Shown piece by piece: positions 42,533-55,502 of a DNA stretch of 64,000 nt. The DNA comes from Adineta ricciae (lineage: Eukaryota), in assembly GCA_905250025.1 (NCBI GenBank), contig CAJNOJ010000052.1, positions 23,044 through 87,043 on the forward strand, read 5' to 3'. A program made the translations under genes and the position numbers. Position 1 is the first letter of the stretch; every line of letters starts with the position of its first letter. The notes beneath the pieces are model-generated. The model had not been told where the DNA came from, did not search any database, and saw nothing but the letters and a program-made list of their open reading frames with translations.

Positions 42533-45500
42533 ATGTCTCAACGTGCTCGTGTTGCTGCTGCTCGTGCGGCTAAAACTGCTGCTGCATCTTCTTCGTCATT
42601 TTCTCAATCAAATAATAGGTCGAAATCAAAGAAAAAACCTGTTCCAATTCGCAAAGTCACTCGTAGTAATGCGAATAGTGGTGCTATCAAAAAGAAAACA
42701 CCAGTCAAGACTAATCAAAAGTCTTCACCCACTAAACGTCGTCTTCAAAAGCGTTCATCGACAAGTACACGTTCATCGACGCGACTAACTACTGTCACAA
42801 CACCGACACCGACGCCACGGAAAAAACGTCTTTCGGGTTTGACAGCTGCAACTCTTCTTCAGTATTGTACCAATGTCCTTTCGCCACCTCCAGCAAATGA
42901 AAAACAACAAACGAATAAACGACAGTTACGATCAACAAACAGTAGCCCAGTATCACGAAATAATCCAAGTGCAGCAAATCGGAAAAAGACAAAGGTTGGA
43001 TATAACGAATTTGTGAAGTTTTCGTAACAATAATTTTTTATGCAATGTAAATTTTAGATTAACCCCAAAGTAACACAAAAACAAAAAACAACGAATACGC
43101 GCACAGCGCGTACGCGAAAAGCTACAGTAGTAAAAGCATCAACAACATCGTCGAGCGAAAGTGACAGTGAAAATAGTGAAGAAAATGACAAACAAGAAGA
43201 AGCAGATGATGATGATGATGATGATAATCAAAACGATGATGACAAAGCCGATGAGGATAAAGAAGAAGATGAGGATGAAGATGAAGACGAAGATGATGAA
43301 AAACCTTTGAAGAAAAGAGTGAAAGATAAAAAACAATCAAGTGAAGAAGAAAATAGTGTTGATGAAAAGATTCGGCCTTCACGTCGTCGTAGCACGAAAA
43401 CAAAAACAAAAGCAACAGCAAATGGACGTAAGCGTCAAGTTTCCAATGTTTCATCAACAAATGACGTTAAACCTGCTCAAATTGAACTAAACATTCACAC
43501 TCGTTCACGTCGTGAAGCTAGTTCGCGTGCATCAGCTATGATTATGCAACAAAACGAAATTGAACGTAGCCGTTTTAACTTCAGTCTAGCGAATGATCGT
43601 TCAACATCAGTTAGTCGAAGACGCCGTACTAAAAGTACAGTCACAAACAAAGATGACTCCCATACTGATATCATTCCTGATCCGTCTGAACAACCATCGG
43701 TAGAACCATTTAAATTCAATGTTCCATCTGTTCCGCCAGCGCCTACAGTCGTACCCGCAACAACAACGACGACAGCAAATGCAACGAATCATAAAGTTAC
43801 ACCACCTCCATCAATATCTAGTGTGACTGCACCTGCACCATCGGTAACAAACGTATCGAATAAAACTGAATATGCTCAATCGTCAAATGCAGTGACAACA
43901 AAATCTACATATCAAGCGCCATCGACAACTGCTACGACAGTTTCATCAAATTCAAAGTATCCATCACTGACAGAAACAGTTTTAGCTGAGCATGATCGTA
44001 TGCATGGCACAACACCGCCGTACCATACAACTAAACGTGATAATCTAATAAAATGGACGCAAGAATTAGCGTTATATGATCGTCTATCACCGCCGTTTCC
44101 TGAACATGAAATTCCTCTCGAATCATTTCATGGTGCTTCTTCGTCGATATCGTCAACGACTACAACAATAAATGATCAGGTACAATCCAGCCGTGGTATT
44201 ATAATTAGTCAAAATAATAGCAATAGCAATCAAAGTACAAGTGCTGCAACGAACAATGGCGGTTCAATCATCGGTGGTGCTGGTTCATCATCAGCAACTG
44301 TTGCTGGTACGAGTACAGCTACGACAGGTGGAACAACAAGTAACAATACACATAGTAAATCAACTGGCAAAGCGATTCCGCAAGTATCGTCGGGATCTTC
44401 ATTAAAACAGCCAACTAATACTAATACAAATTTTATACAAAAATCTCGTACACCAGCAAAAGGATCAAATGCAGTACCAGGTATGATTTTAACGGTTAGA
44501 ATCCATGAAAGATTTACTTATTATTTAGCTCCGCCTATGGTCGCGCCAGATCTTTCATTATCATCGACTCCTCTGCTTAACTCTTTTGGAGCTCTGACTC
44601 CTACTGTTCTTGGCACACAAACAGCAAACACATCTTCCTCATCATCATTATCATCACGGCCACTTTCATCTTCACTAGATCATCATCTTCATCACCCACA
44701 CTCATCAACAGTTTCGACGCCAATTCCGGCAACAAATGTTAATTCAACCACGAATCCAACCTTTCTAACGCCGTCTGCTGCGGCTGCTGCTGCCGCTGCC
44801 GCTGCCGCAGCAGCAGCTGCATTCCCCATTGATCTACGTCCATTTTATCCACTTCTACCTTGTTGGCAATATCCTGGTAAGATGCATCAATGAATAATTT
44901 GCATGTCTTTGCTTCTGTTAACCTGTTTGATGTGTGTATATATATATATGCTTTCACTTTTCAAATGATGTATTATTCTTTCACTTTTTATGCTTCAGCT
45001 GAACAACTATAAGAAAACAACCAGTTCACTTTTATCAATAGTCATTTGTTTTAGTTAAATTTTTAAAATGAGAAGCGTCAGAAAAAAAACCTATAGAAAA
45101 GCTTTTCCAGATTAAGTCATATACAATTAGTTTCTCTTTCCGGTGCTATATAATTCGATTATTACAGATAAAATAAAAGTTGTCTTATTGACTTGCAGCG
45201 CCCATCGGTATGTAGATCTCCAGGCAATTCGCATACATATTCTTTCATTCATATAAATTCTCTATGCTTTTCTTATTCTATTTTCTATATCAACGAAAAA
45301 CGGCTCTCATTCTAATTTCCTCAATAGACTATTTACTACTGCATACACTGTTCTAAAAAAACCTATTCAGTGATTGATGTCTTGCTTCTCCTCTATTTGA
45401 TGATTTATAACATTGAATTTCTTTTTCTCTAGCTTGGACATTTCCGTCATCAGCATCACTGCTTGGTCAACAAGCGAATTGTCTCATACAACCCTCATCA

Positions 45501-47821
45501 ACACTTCCTCCACCACCGCCCCCTGTTGTTCATCATAAAACATCTATCACACGTCATCGTACAACAACACATTTAGAAACTAAACAAAAGAAATCGTCCA
45601 CATTAACAACATCTACAACCAATTCGAATAATTTGAATAATAATGCTAAACAACAGTCACTTATCCCAATTTTTGATCCTCAACCAAAACCATCGCTATC
45701 ACCAAAAAAGGAAGCATTAACTTTTCATCTGCATACTCATCATCATCATCACATTCATAATCCGAATCCTCCCATATCGTCAAATACATCTTCGTTACTC
45801 AAATCACCGAATCCAACGAAAACAACAACAGTACCACTATCACCACAGAAGTCATGTGTTCTTGTGAATAAAGAGCAGCTTGTTGAAACCAAGACTATCC
45901 TTCCATTGAGTGTAAATAATGTTGTTAAGAAAGAACATCAATTGATAACTACAAATGATTTCTTGTCATCAGCGGCAACAACAGAAAATGAAGCTTTAAA
46001 TTTTTCAATCAAACATTTATCGGCAAATAAGAAAACCAATGGAAATGAATCCGACGGAACTACACATAGGAAAACATCGAGAAAAAGTTCACCAGTCAAA
46101 GGACATGCTAGTTCCGGGTCCAAATCGAATGGGTAAATTAACCAAATCAAACTTTGTTCTATTCGAAAATCTCTATTTATCCTCTCTCTATTTTAAGTTC
46201 GCCTACTCACTCTATTGGTGATCACGCTCCGTATACAATTAGTTCAATCATCACTTCACCGACAAAAACCTCCGCTATCAACCTTAGCACTAGTCCATTA
46301 AATCAACGGCAACGTCTATCGTATCCTACTGGAGTAACTACAACCATTATCTCACCCGTGTCAAATATTCTCAGCGCAAATGGTGAATTAGCTGCTCTCA
46401 GTGATGATGAACGTCAGTCTGCAAAATGTAATCACAAACGGCGTAGTGTATCAGCGACTGCTAGTGCAACAACACTTATATCAATAATAGGAAAAAACGC
46501 TCGTTCAGCGCGGACAGCATCGTCTTCTACCTTGCCTGTTCGATCGAAATCCTCAACATATATACCCAATTCAAAACGATCGCATTCACCATCTTCTGTG
46601 ACATTACTTGGATCAAATAAAAACCCGAGTCAGAGAAAGAAACAAAAATTCTCTCATTATTGGGCTCTATTCGGCAAATCAGAGCAGAAATTAGTGTCAA
46701 TTGATGTAAGCAACTCGGTAGAAAGCATTGTTTCCAGGCGATATGTATAAGAAATTGTTTTAGGCTGACAAACCGCCGGTCTATCGCGAATGTTTCTCAT
46801 CAATTCGACACGTCAAAGAAAAGGATATCATTAAATCCGATGATTGTGTCTTATTACGTCCTGAGAATGCTGAACATTATGGCATAACGCCATACTTAGC
46901 AAAAGTCAAATGGTTTTGGAAAGAACCAGAATCAGGTTCGACAAAAACTAGATTACAATCTCGTATGATCATATAAATCTAATGTAAATTGTAGGTGAAA
47001 TTCAAATGTCACTTGTTTGGTATTATCATCCTGAACATAGTGAACTGCCAGCACGTGTTAAGGAACACTTTTTAAGTAATGAAGTGTTAGCATCAAAGTA
47101 CTGGGACTGTGTGAATGTAGCTTGTATTGAAGATAAATGCTATGTGCTCAACCTTAATGAATACAATCGGTAAGAAAGCTTCTTCTTCTTCTTTATTAAA
47201 TCCACACATTCTGGAAAAAAAATGAAAGGGAGAAAAGAGTTCACGTTATTTTACTTGAAAACATAGAAATGTATGTGTAATAGTTCCGATTTGAGATTCT
47301 CTTTGGAGCAGTACATCGGATATGAACTTCCGGTTGGCAATTGGAATGATTATAATTAATATCGCTAAACTCAATTGTGTGCAGATAATTGAAGTAGTAG
47401 AGCGTTCGAATCAGTTTACAATTAATTAATATTTCAAATTTCTTGGTTCGATATTCATTTCCATTTGATCTCTTTTTCTAGTTATTGTATTCGTGAAAAG
47501 ACATCGGACCTCTTCGAACATCCTGATTCAGTGGGTGATTTGAAATCTCTGTTAAACAGAAATACTTCCACTGTTCAGCATCGACCACTACCGTCGAAAA
47601 ATGTTGACAATCAAAATATCTTCTTCTGTCGCTATGTATATGACCATCGAGCGAAACGTATTTTGAAAAATCCAAGTTTGAATAATCCTAATATGAATTC
47701 AACAACAGCAACAACGACGACGACAACAACAACAACAACAACAACTGCAATAATGACCACGATGACGACAACAGTTGATCCCACTACGACAATTTCTGTA
47801 CGTACGGCAGCACGCATGTGA
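42533..47821 (+). CDS. Large low-complexity nuclear protein with a C-terminal BAH domain (TNRC18/BAHCC1/BAHD1-like). Approximate exons: 42533-43012, 43058-44876 (possibly with an internal 48-nt intron at about 44478-44525), possible 9-nt micro-exon 45197-45205, 45433-46132, 46198-46705, 46764-46935, 46995-47169, 47482-47821.
   Basis: The BAH domain is encoded by the last four exons: DDCVLLRPENAEHYGITPYLAKVKWFWKEPESG / EIQMSLVWYYHPEHSELPARVKEHFLSNEVLASKYWDCVNVACIEDKCYVLNLNEYNR / YCIREKTSDLFEHPD...NIFFCRYVYDHRAKRI. Upstream exons encode basic KR-rich, acidic D/E tract, Ser/Thr/Ala-rich low-complexity sequence including an (Ala)16 tract and a T13 tract. Linking exon 1 to the rest is by phase-compatible splicing only. 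Confidence 0.6.
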
Positions 47822-48461
47822 ATCTCTTGATCATTATGTTTTCTTTCTTGCATTCTTTTTCCTGACGTTTTTTTTTCTGCTCGACGATTCTGATTTCCTT
47901 TCTTCTTCATCTTGTATCTACGATTACTTGTTTGTTTTATAGTTTTCTGAATTCGTTTCAACAACACAATTAAACCTCAATGTTGTTAGTTGAACGCACA
48001 TACATTTGAGTATAGAGAAAAATATTTGTGTGTGATATTCTCTATTTCAAACATTTTCATTGCTAGCAAATCTTTCTACTTTTTCTCTGCTGTGCTCTCT
48101 TCATTTCTTTCTATCGAGCTTTAATTAAATTAACAATTAATGATGCTCGTTACAATCATTGTTACTATGAAAGTTTATTATTCTCTGTCTCGTTGTATAA
48201 AACTTGTACATTATTTTTGTCTTTACGAACAAAAAAGAAAACAAATGGTCTCTTTTTCTCGTTTTGCTCTCTCTATATTTTTTCTTCGTTTTGTTTTGTT
48301 TGTTAGTCGTCACTGCTGCTACTACTATCTCTCCCTTTTCTTTTCTTCGCGTCTTCATTGAGAAATAGAAAAACACACTTTTAAGTCTGGACTTGGTTTG
48401 TTTGGTTGTTATTTTATATATAAATGTTCGTATTTCTAGATTTCTATCGAATTAATTAATC

Positions 48462-48949
48462 ATGTCGGCCAAAAGAGGTCGTGGTGGTGTCGGAGGTGGT
48501 AAATTCCGTATTTCACTCGGTTTACCAGTCGGAGCTGTGATCAACTGCGCCGATAACACAGGTGCGAAAAACTTATTCGTCATTTCCGTCAAAGGCTTCG
48601 GTGCTCGACTCAATCGATTACCAGCTGCTTGCGTTGGTGACATGATCATCTGTACGTACTAACCGTTGTTTTTTCTATCGAAGCTATTTTCACATTCTGA
48701 TCGATTGTTTTAGCAACGATAAAGAAAGGCAAGCCTGATCTTCGTAAAAAAGTTATGCCCGCAGTCGTCATCCGACAACGTAAACCATTTCGCCGAAAAG
48801 ATGGCACGTTCATCTATTTTGAAGATAACGCTGGTGTTATTGTCAATAACAAAGGTGAAATGAAAGGTTCAGCAATTACTGGACCTGTGGCTAAAGAATG
48901 TGCTGATTTATGGCCACGTATTGCCGCCAATGCACAATCGGTGGCTTAA
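48462..48949 (+). CDS. RPL23: 60S ribosomal protein L23 (uL14), 2 exons: 48462-48651 and 48714-48949.
   Basis: [63 protein letters not shown] / [78 protein letters not shown]. This is near-identical in pattern to human RPL23. One 62-nt intron, GTACGT..AG. An AT-rich TATA-like tatatataaa lies about 45 nt upstream of the ATG. Confidence 0.95.
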
Positions 48950-49114
48950 TTGAAACATGAAAAAGAAGAGTTTTCTAACTGTTTTTACTTTCCATCTTAT
49001 AAACAGAAAAAAAAAAGAACGAATCAATGCACATTTTTGTTTTGCTATTTTGATTAAATAAGACCAAATCAAAATATAACATTCAGTTTTTGTTTATCGA
49101 TAGAAACGAATCGT

Positions 49115-49774
49115 TTATTCTGTTTCAGTACTGTACCTAAGAAATGCTCGGGAAAGTGTCGCAAGGACAGAGAGAGTCGCGTAGGGATCGTCGATGGTAT
49201 GTTTGAGTTTATCGAATTCTTTGAGAAGAGAACCTTTTCGTTTGTTGATGTTCAATTGTTTGAGTTGTTCGTCGTTGATTTGTTGATGAAGATATGATTG
49301 AAAAGTGTTTTGTTCTGACACGTCAGACTTGATTAATGAAGGAGTTTTCGCTGATCGACATGAACGAGCTCGAGGCAATGATGGGCGTGGAATATATTGA
49401 TTTGAATGTCTTCTTTGAGGTAGTTTTGATGGTAAAGCTGAACTTAGTAAGCGTTTTTCTGTTTCCGATGAAAACTTCAATAGACGCAAATGATTATGCA
49501 CACGCGCAAGGCAATTTGGCGATGTCAATGATTGTTTTTCGTACGTCTCGTGGTTATTATCTCTATTAGCTGCGTAGAATGGTTCATTTTGTTCCAAACA
49601 CTTTCTCAGATGATTTACTTTGCGGTTAAATAATTGTTCTTGATGTTTGTAAGCATGTAGCGTTGACAGATATGTTTGTTTACGATGATTTTCATCAATA
49701 TCATGTTGAATCGTTAGACGACGATGAGTACACCGACTGATTCGCGCAGTTGTCTTACTTATCTCGTCTTGCAT
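49115..49774 (-). CDS. Hypothetical protein, single exon (219 aa), coiled-coil/Gln-Lys-rich; no recognised family.
   Basis: A 660-nt uninterrupted ORF in an AT-rich genome, where random ORFs are short. It sits between RPL23 and a long divergent intergenic region. Composition is protein-like (basic/helical). No homolog was recognised by eye. Confidence 0.4.
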   Translation of the reverse strand: MQDEISKTTARISRCTHRRLTIQHDIDENHRKQTYLSTLHAYKHQEQLFNRKVNHLRKCLEQNEPFYAANRDNNHETYEKQSLTSPNCLARVHNHLRLLKFSSETEKRLLSSALPSKLPQRRHSNQYIPRPSLPRARSCRSAKTPSLIKSDVSEQNTFQSYLHQQINDEQLKQLNINKRKGSLLKEFDKLKHTIDDPYATLSVLATLSRAFLRYSTETE

Positions 49775-51074
49775 TTCTATCGATATACCGATATAGTTTC
49801 ACGCAATGTGGATACACATCGATGGTGAAGTGTTTCTATTTTGATTTTCTCCTCTTCTCAACTTGAAATTTGTTTCAAGATAAGGTGAAGCAGATATGCC
49901 CTTATAAGATTGTTACTTAGACACTAATTGATATCACCGATGAAAAAGTTCAATCAATAAAAAAAATAAAACGATAATATTCATTATTTTTCTTTTCTAG
50001 ATTTGAATCGATTCTATTCTCTACTGATGATCTGAACACCAATAAAATAATCGAAAACATCTTGATGGTTTAAGATACGTAAAAATCAATATTTTGCAGG
50101 TGAGGCGACGATCGTTGATGTTGACATTGAGTTCACACAGGTAATACCTGGTATACTAATAGAAATACAATTCGAAAGTTTACCGCTACGCAGATCAAAG
50201 CAATTCATACATGAGAAAACAGACAGCCGCTCATAAATTTGCAAGGAATTGATGAGGTAGGAAGAAATCGATTAAATATCTGAAAGAATACACAAGAGAA
50301 TACATGAAAAAGAAAATAATTATCTTCGAAACAGTTTCTTTCCTTTAAGAATAACTTTCATTTTTCATTCGCTATGAATCGAGGCGAATAGATATAATAT
50401 GACTCATTCGATTATATAAGATGATGTCTCATTCACAGTTACGATTCTGCTTTTTTTTCGTCCTATCTCTTCAACTCATAGGCAACAAATTTATTCACAC
50501 TTATAATGTGATATCCTCAAACGAATGTACGAATCGATGTTGCTAGATCTTCGACATCGACCAAATGCACGGTTAGTATACCTTGCTCATATCTCGTCTT
50601 ATAGAAAATAGACCAGTACTAAGACGATTTCGTTTTCATCTTTCACTGACACCGATGGGTTATACAACATGATTAGAAGGTAAATCTATATTTATATTCG
50701 ACTATAGCTTTGGTTTTTATTGTTTAGGTACAATTTGCGATGTTTTAGGCACAATTAGAATTGACTACATCTAATTCTTTTCATTCTGGAGCATGAGTTG
50801 TACTCTTTCGCTCATTGATAAGTATCGCGCCTCTGTATGAAATATCTTTGAAGTAGACGGAGAGACACTAGCTCGGCGATGAAATTTTGATTGAATATTA
50901 GTTCAACATTGTCAATGTTTTATGCTTCGTTGCATTATGACGTCATGCAGACGGTATAGAAACACATGAATTACGCGTCCCATCTATCATATATAAAAAA
51001 TGGGCAAGACTTCAGTGAAAAAGACTCGCATGTTATTTATCCAGAAACTATCATTAGATTGAAGTACTATTTCA

Positions 51075-52153
51075 TTGTTTCAGATGTTAGAATATATTTT
51101 TAACGATCGACTTTTCGTCACTTATACATGTCCATATGTATGGTTTATTAGTGCAAGCTTAGTATTCGTCTTAGAAACAATTATCGGCATTAGAGCACCA
51201 TATGGACGATATAATACGAATAACAGTGGAGTTCCCGTTCGACTGGCATGGTTTATTCAAGAATGTCCGTGTGTCTTCGTCACATGTTATCTTCTATATA
51301 CAAATTGGTCATCGGTATCATTTACAAAGTTCTTCATACTAGGATTATTTCTTATACATTATTTTCAACGGTATGTTAGACTGTAATGTGAGAACTGATG
51401 ATTGTTTACGAGCACATGAGAAGTATATACATACTGAAACGTATATGTGAACGAGGAGTATGTGCCAAGTGAAGGAAAAAACGAGAAAATTTTCTATATG
51501 CTGTAATGTATTCAAACTAAATATTTCGCATTCTTTTCTTTTAGTGTTTTCATCTATCCAATGTTGATTCGTGGTGGAAAACACAGTCCGTATTTTACAA
51601 CTATCTTAGCATTTATTTTTTGCGCTTTGAACTCCTATGCGATTGGTAAAGAGCTCTTGGCTTATCATACTTACCCGAAGAATTATTTATTTTCGTTACG
51701 TGCTCTTGCTGGCACAATTCTGTTTTTCACTGGCTTTATTCTTAACCTACAATCGGATGCGATCTTGAGAAATCTACGTAAAGACGATAATGATCGCGGT
51801 TATAAGATTCCACGAGGTAATGCTTAGCCATAAAATAAGATGACAATCAAATCTTTCCTTTTTGTTCACTAGGAGGCTTATTTGAATATGTTTCGGGTGC
51901 GAATTTCTTAGCTGAATCACTTGAATGGACAGGTTTTGCTATTTGTGCATGGACGTTGCCTGCATTAGCATTTGCCGTATTCACATGGATTAATACAGCA
52001 TTTGGTCGTGGAATCCACCATCATCAGTACGTAGATAGCAAACATTAAAGAATCAGTTATTCTTCTTTTTTGTTTCGATTTAGATTTTATCTTGAAAAAT
52101 TCAAAGATGAATATCCAAAGAATCGAAAAGCCATCATTCCGTTTATTTTGTAA
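51075..52153 (+). CDS. SRD5A1: 3-oxo-5-alpha-steroid 4-dehydrogenase (steroid 5-alpha-reductase, SRD5A1/2-like), 4 exons: 51075-51370, 51545-51816, 51873-52026, 52084-52153.
   Basis: Matches human SRD5A1 blocks: GRYNTNNSGVPVRLAWFIQECP, LFLIHYFQRVFIYPMLIRGGK, GFILNLQSDAILRNLRKDDNDRGYKIPRGGLFEYVSGANFLAESLEWTGFA, and HHHQFYLEKFKDEYPKNRKAIIPFIL (human HHEWYLRKFEEYPKFRKIIIPFLF). Introns are 174, 56 and 57 nt with GTATGT, GTAATG and GTACGT donors. Confidence 0.85.
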
Positions 52154-52251
52154 TTTCCTGAATGAACCTATTTTCATATAACTATAGAAAATCAGCATAT
52201 TTTCAAATAAATAATCTAGCTGCATTTAATAATTGACAGTCTTTTTTTCAG

Positions 52252-53624
52252 ATGCCTCCGGGTCGAAAAAGAACAAGTACAAGTAGTAAATCTTCTACTT
52301 CTACTAATGGTCAACATTCTCCAAAACAATCACCTTACGGTAAATGATCTCATCCCTGTTTTTTAATCTCATGCTTTTCATTTATTAGAATGTGGAAATG
52401 TTGTATGGTGCAAATATAAAAAATATCCATATTGGCCTGGTATCATATGGGATAAAACCAACAAACCAACTCGAACTCTCTATGAAGTCCTTTTCTTTGG
52501 AACATTTAGCCTTGGAGTGTAAGAAACTCATCGGAAGTTGATTAATGTCTATATCTTTGAGTGTTTTAGATCCATCGATCGTAAATGGTTAGAACCGTAC
52601 GAAGGTGTAGCTGAATTCAAAAAACGTATTCAGGAATTAAAAGCTGCCGAAGTATGAAACACATTGATTTTCATGTAGAATTTAGAATCTTTTTTCCTCA
52701 TTAGATACTGATAAAGAATAAAACGAGTCAATACGACATGAACATCACATTAGCAAATTTAGAATCGTTTCAAGAAGCGGTTAAACAAGCATCGAAAGTG
52801 TTGAAATGTTCCAATCCATCTGAAAGATTGAAATTAGCTGATAATATGCGTAAAGGTGTCACATGCGATTTTTTCCAATTAGATATCGAAGACGTAGATG
52901 ACGATGAGCAAGAAGAAAACGAAGAGAATGGAGAGGAAGATCATGAAGACTCGAATTCTGTCATTGCTGACGAGAATAGTACGTAAAGTGATATTTTATT
53001 CGAATAGTAATCATTACCGATTTTTCTAGCTTCACTTGCCCCAGTGTCTTCCATACAAAATGATCAAGAGTTTATTCAAACAATGATTAGACAAGGAAAA
53101 CGAAAGCGAAAATCAGAAGATGAACATAGTTTATCTAATGGGAAAATACGTCGAATAACGATTAAAAACGAGCCTGAACAGGTATTTCAATATCTCCTTT
53201 CTTCTGTGCAAAAGACTTACTCTTTCCTTAGCCATCAAGTAACCCACCACCATCGATTCTATTTCGACATTCCAATGAACAGCCCATAGTTATGTGCTCG
53301 AACTTTGTTTGTCATAGTCTGTCACCAACTGAGGAAACTTTCATATTAGATGCAATCGCACGTGCGGGCTCCAATTGTACGTTTTTCGAAGCAAAACAAG
53401 TTGCTGAAGAAATGTATTCGAATATCATCTGTGTGAATAATACCAACCGACCATTACCTGTTAGCGAAGTCTGGTTCTATTTATTTTTCTATTTACATTG
53501 TGAGAAACTATTCTCCGCACATCCACACTGGCTTCATGATCTTGAAAATACCAAAACATCTGTTCATTATCTACATGAACAACAACAGCAAATAATTCGT
53601 CTGATGAAAACTTATCTTTGTTAG
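52252..53624 (+). CDS. HDGF/LEDGF-family PWWP-domain protein, 6 exons: 52252-52339, 52389-52518, 52570-52651, 52705-52978, 53019-53181, 53232-53624.
   Basis: N-terminal PWWP domain across exons 2-3: ECGNVVWCKYKKYPYWPGIIWDKTNKPTRTLYEVLFFGTFSLGVSIDRKWLEPYEGVAEFKKRIQELK (compare HDGF [21 protein letters not shown]...[24 protein letters not shown]). An acidic tract (DDDEQEENEENGEEDHEDS) and a basic NLS (QGKRKRKSEDE) follow, then a Cys/His-containing C-terminal domain. All junctions are phase-consistent, with introns of 38-53 nt. Confidence 0.7.
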
Positions 53625-53774
53625 CATTGTCTAGTGTGTGTTTTTTGTGTGTACATAGGCAAACGCGTTGTATATTAGAAACTATTTTGTATTGATCTGA
53701 AAAAGTAAATAAAAGTATGAATAGGTGAATTCATTGGAGAAACTATTGAATATATATGTTCAGTTTAAGATAGA

Positions 53775-55293
53775 ATGAATAATAATAATGTAGAAGATCA
53801 GCGATGGAAACTACTAGATCAAGAACGATTCCAAACGTTTTTCGATTCGGATGGACGGCTGGTGAAAGAACATGAATTTAGAAAAGCTGTTTTCAAAGGT
53901 GAGAGGTAGGTCTAGATATTTCCGAGACTGATTTCGACATAAATTTGAAAAAATTCATTGAGACAAATCGATCTGTTTAGGTGGAATCAATGGTAGCCTT
54001 CGCGCACAAGCATGGAAATATCTATTCGGTTTCTATCCACCTCTGGTTTCCAAAGCGTAAGATTATCGACAAATTGAACTCTCTGTTGATATGGATATTC
54101 TACTCTATAATAGAGAACAAGAAACGATTAATATTGAACGTAAATTGTGTTATGAATTTATGTGTGAACGATGTCAAAAAGAAATGCCAGAAGAACGTAA
54201 AATTAGTTCTTCGCTTACTTTTTCATCTCTATATCACATTCGATTTTAGTTCGCTTTCAACTACCACATCTATCATCAAATAGTGTCAGACAACCATCTA
54301 GTCCAAACGACATCTTCTTTTCTATTCAACAACGCATCGAAGCGTATAAACCTAAACTAGATTGGAATGACATGGATCGACATGCACGACTTATTGCTAA
54401 AGATCTACATCGAACTGATTTCATATCATCAGAGAAAAAACCAGATAATTACAACTATGGTCCACTAACACGTTTACTTGTTACATTTGCTTCGTACCAC
54501 CCAACAATTGGTTATTCGCAAGGTAGTACTCACCATCCAAATAGAATAGTCGACCTTATTCATTTGTTTCGTAGGCATGAACGATATGGCTCATTGTTTT
54601 CTTCATGTATTTTCGTTCAATGAACATGAAGCTTATTTCTGCTTCGCGTATTACATAACTCAATCCGGTGAACATTTTACAGAAAAAGGTATCGCTCATA
54701 AGATTAACCAATTACCTAAGTTAATGGAAATCGTTGATCAATTGTTATACGATCGAATTCTATCCCTCAAGGTCGAATTATGGACATTTTGCCATCGTAT
54801 GTATCGAAGCGATTTCATCTAATTTTCTAATGATTTTTCGATAGGTTGGCTATTTTTATGTTTTCGTCGAGAATTTGCCGAAGAAGAAGATACATTAATA
54901 TGTTTCGAAGTTGTTTGTAGCCATTTTCTTGAAGAGAATTCCTTAGCTGCCGAACGTCTTCTTCACGACATTCAACTACGACGAGCTGAACAGAAAGGTA
55001 TCAGCAGTTATTCGTCCACGTCTATGGAAGGACATTCAAAATCCAATGAAGAACTTGGATGTTCATTTGATTTATTCGTTTGCATCGCTATGATATCATT
55101 ATTTCGTTCGTGCTTATTTGATGCTAATGATGAACTTGAAGCATTAGAGGCTATTCAACAACGACAGAAGACACTCGATGTTCGACAGGTTTTATCATTA
55201 GCCGAACAACTTTTTAAAATCTATTGTCAACAAATGGCATCTATGACAGCTCCATCTTTGATTGAAACATCGTCCTACGAAATTATCGATTGA
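53775..55293 (+). CDS. TBC-domain Rab GTPase-activating protein (TBC1D15/17/Gyp7-like), about 9 exons.
   Basis: Spliced product: MNNNNVEDQRWKLLDQERFQTFFDSDGRLVKEHEFRKAVFKG / GINGSLRAQAWKYLFGFYPPLVSKA / EQETINIERKLCYEFMCERCQKEMPEER... It continues with the TBC arginine-finger region IAKDLHRTDF..., then PTIGYSQGMNDMAHCFLHVF (the Gln-finger YxQ motif region), and GWLFLCFRREFAEEEDTLICFEVVCSHF and C-terminal helices. Exon 1 is 53775-53898 and exon 2 is 53981-54056. Stop is at 55291-55293. Confidence 0.75.
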
Positions 55294-55502
55294 TTATTTA
55301 CCTACATGTGATCGAATTTTTCAAATTATTTCTTGCACTTTTCTTTCGATCAAAATAAAAACGATAGATATTCATAATTTGAGGTTTATCAGAAAATGCA
55401 GCATTCAAACGGTAACTGATATCGTTTATTCATGATAATTCCCTCTTCAGTAGAAAGCTTATAACGAATTAGATAGAAATATAATACTGAAATAAGAGTA
55501 AC

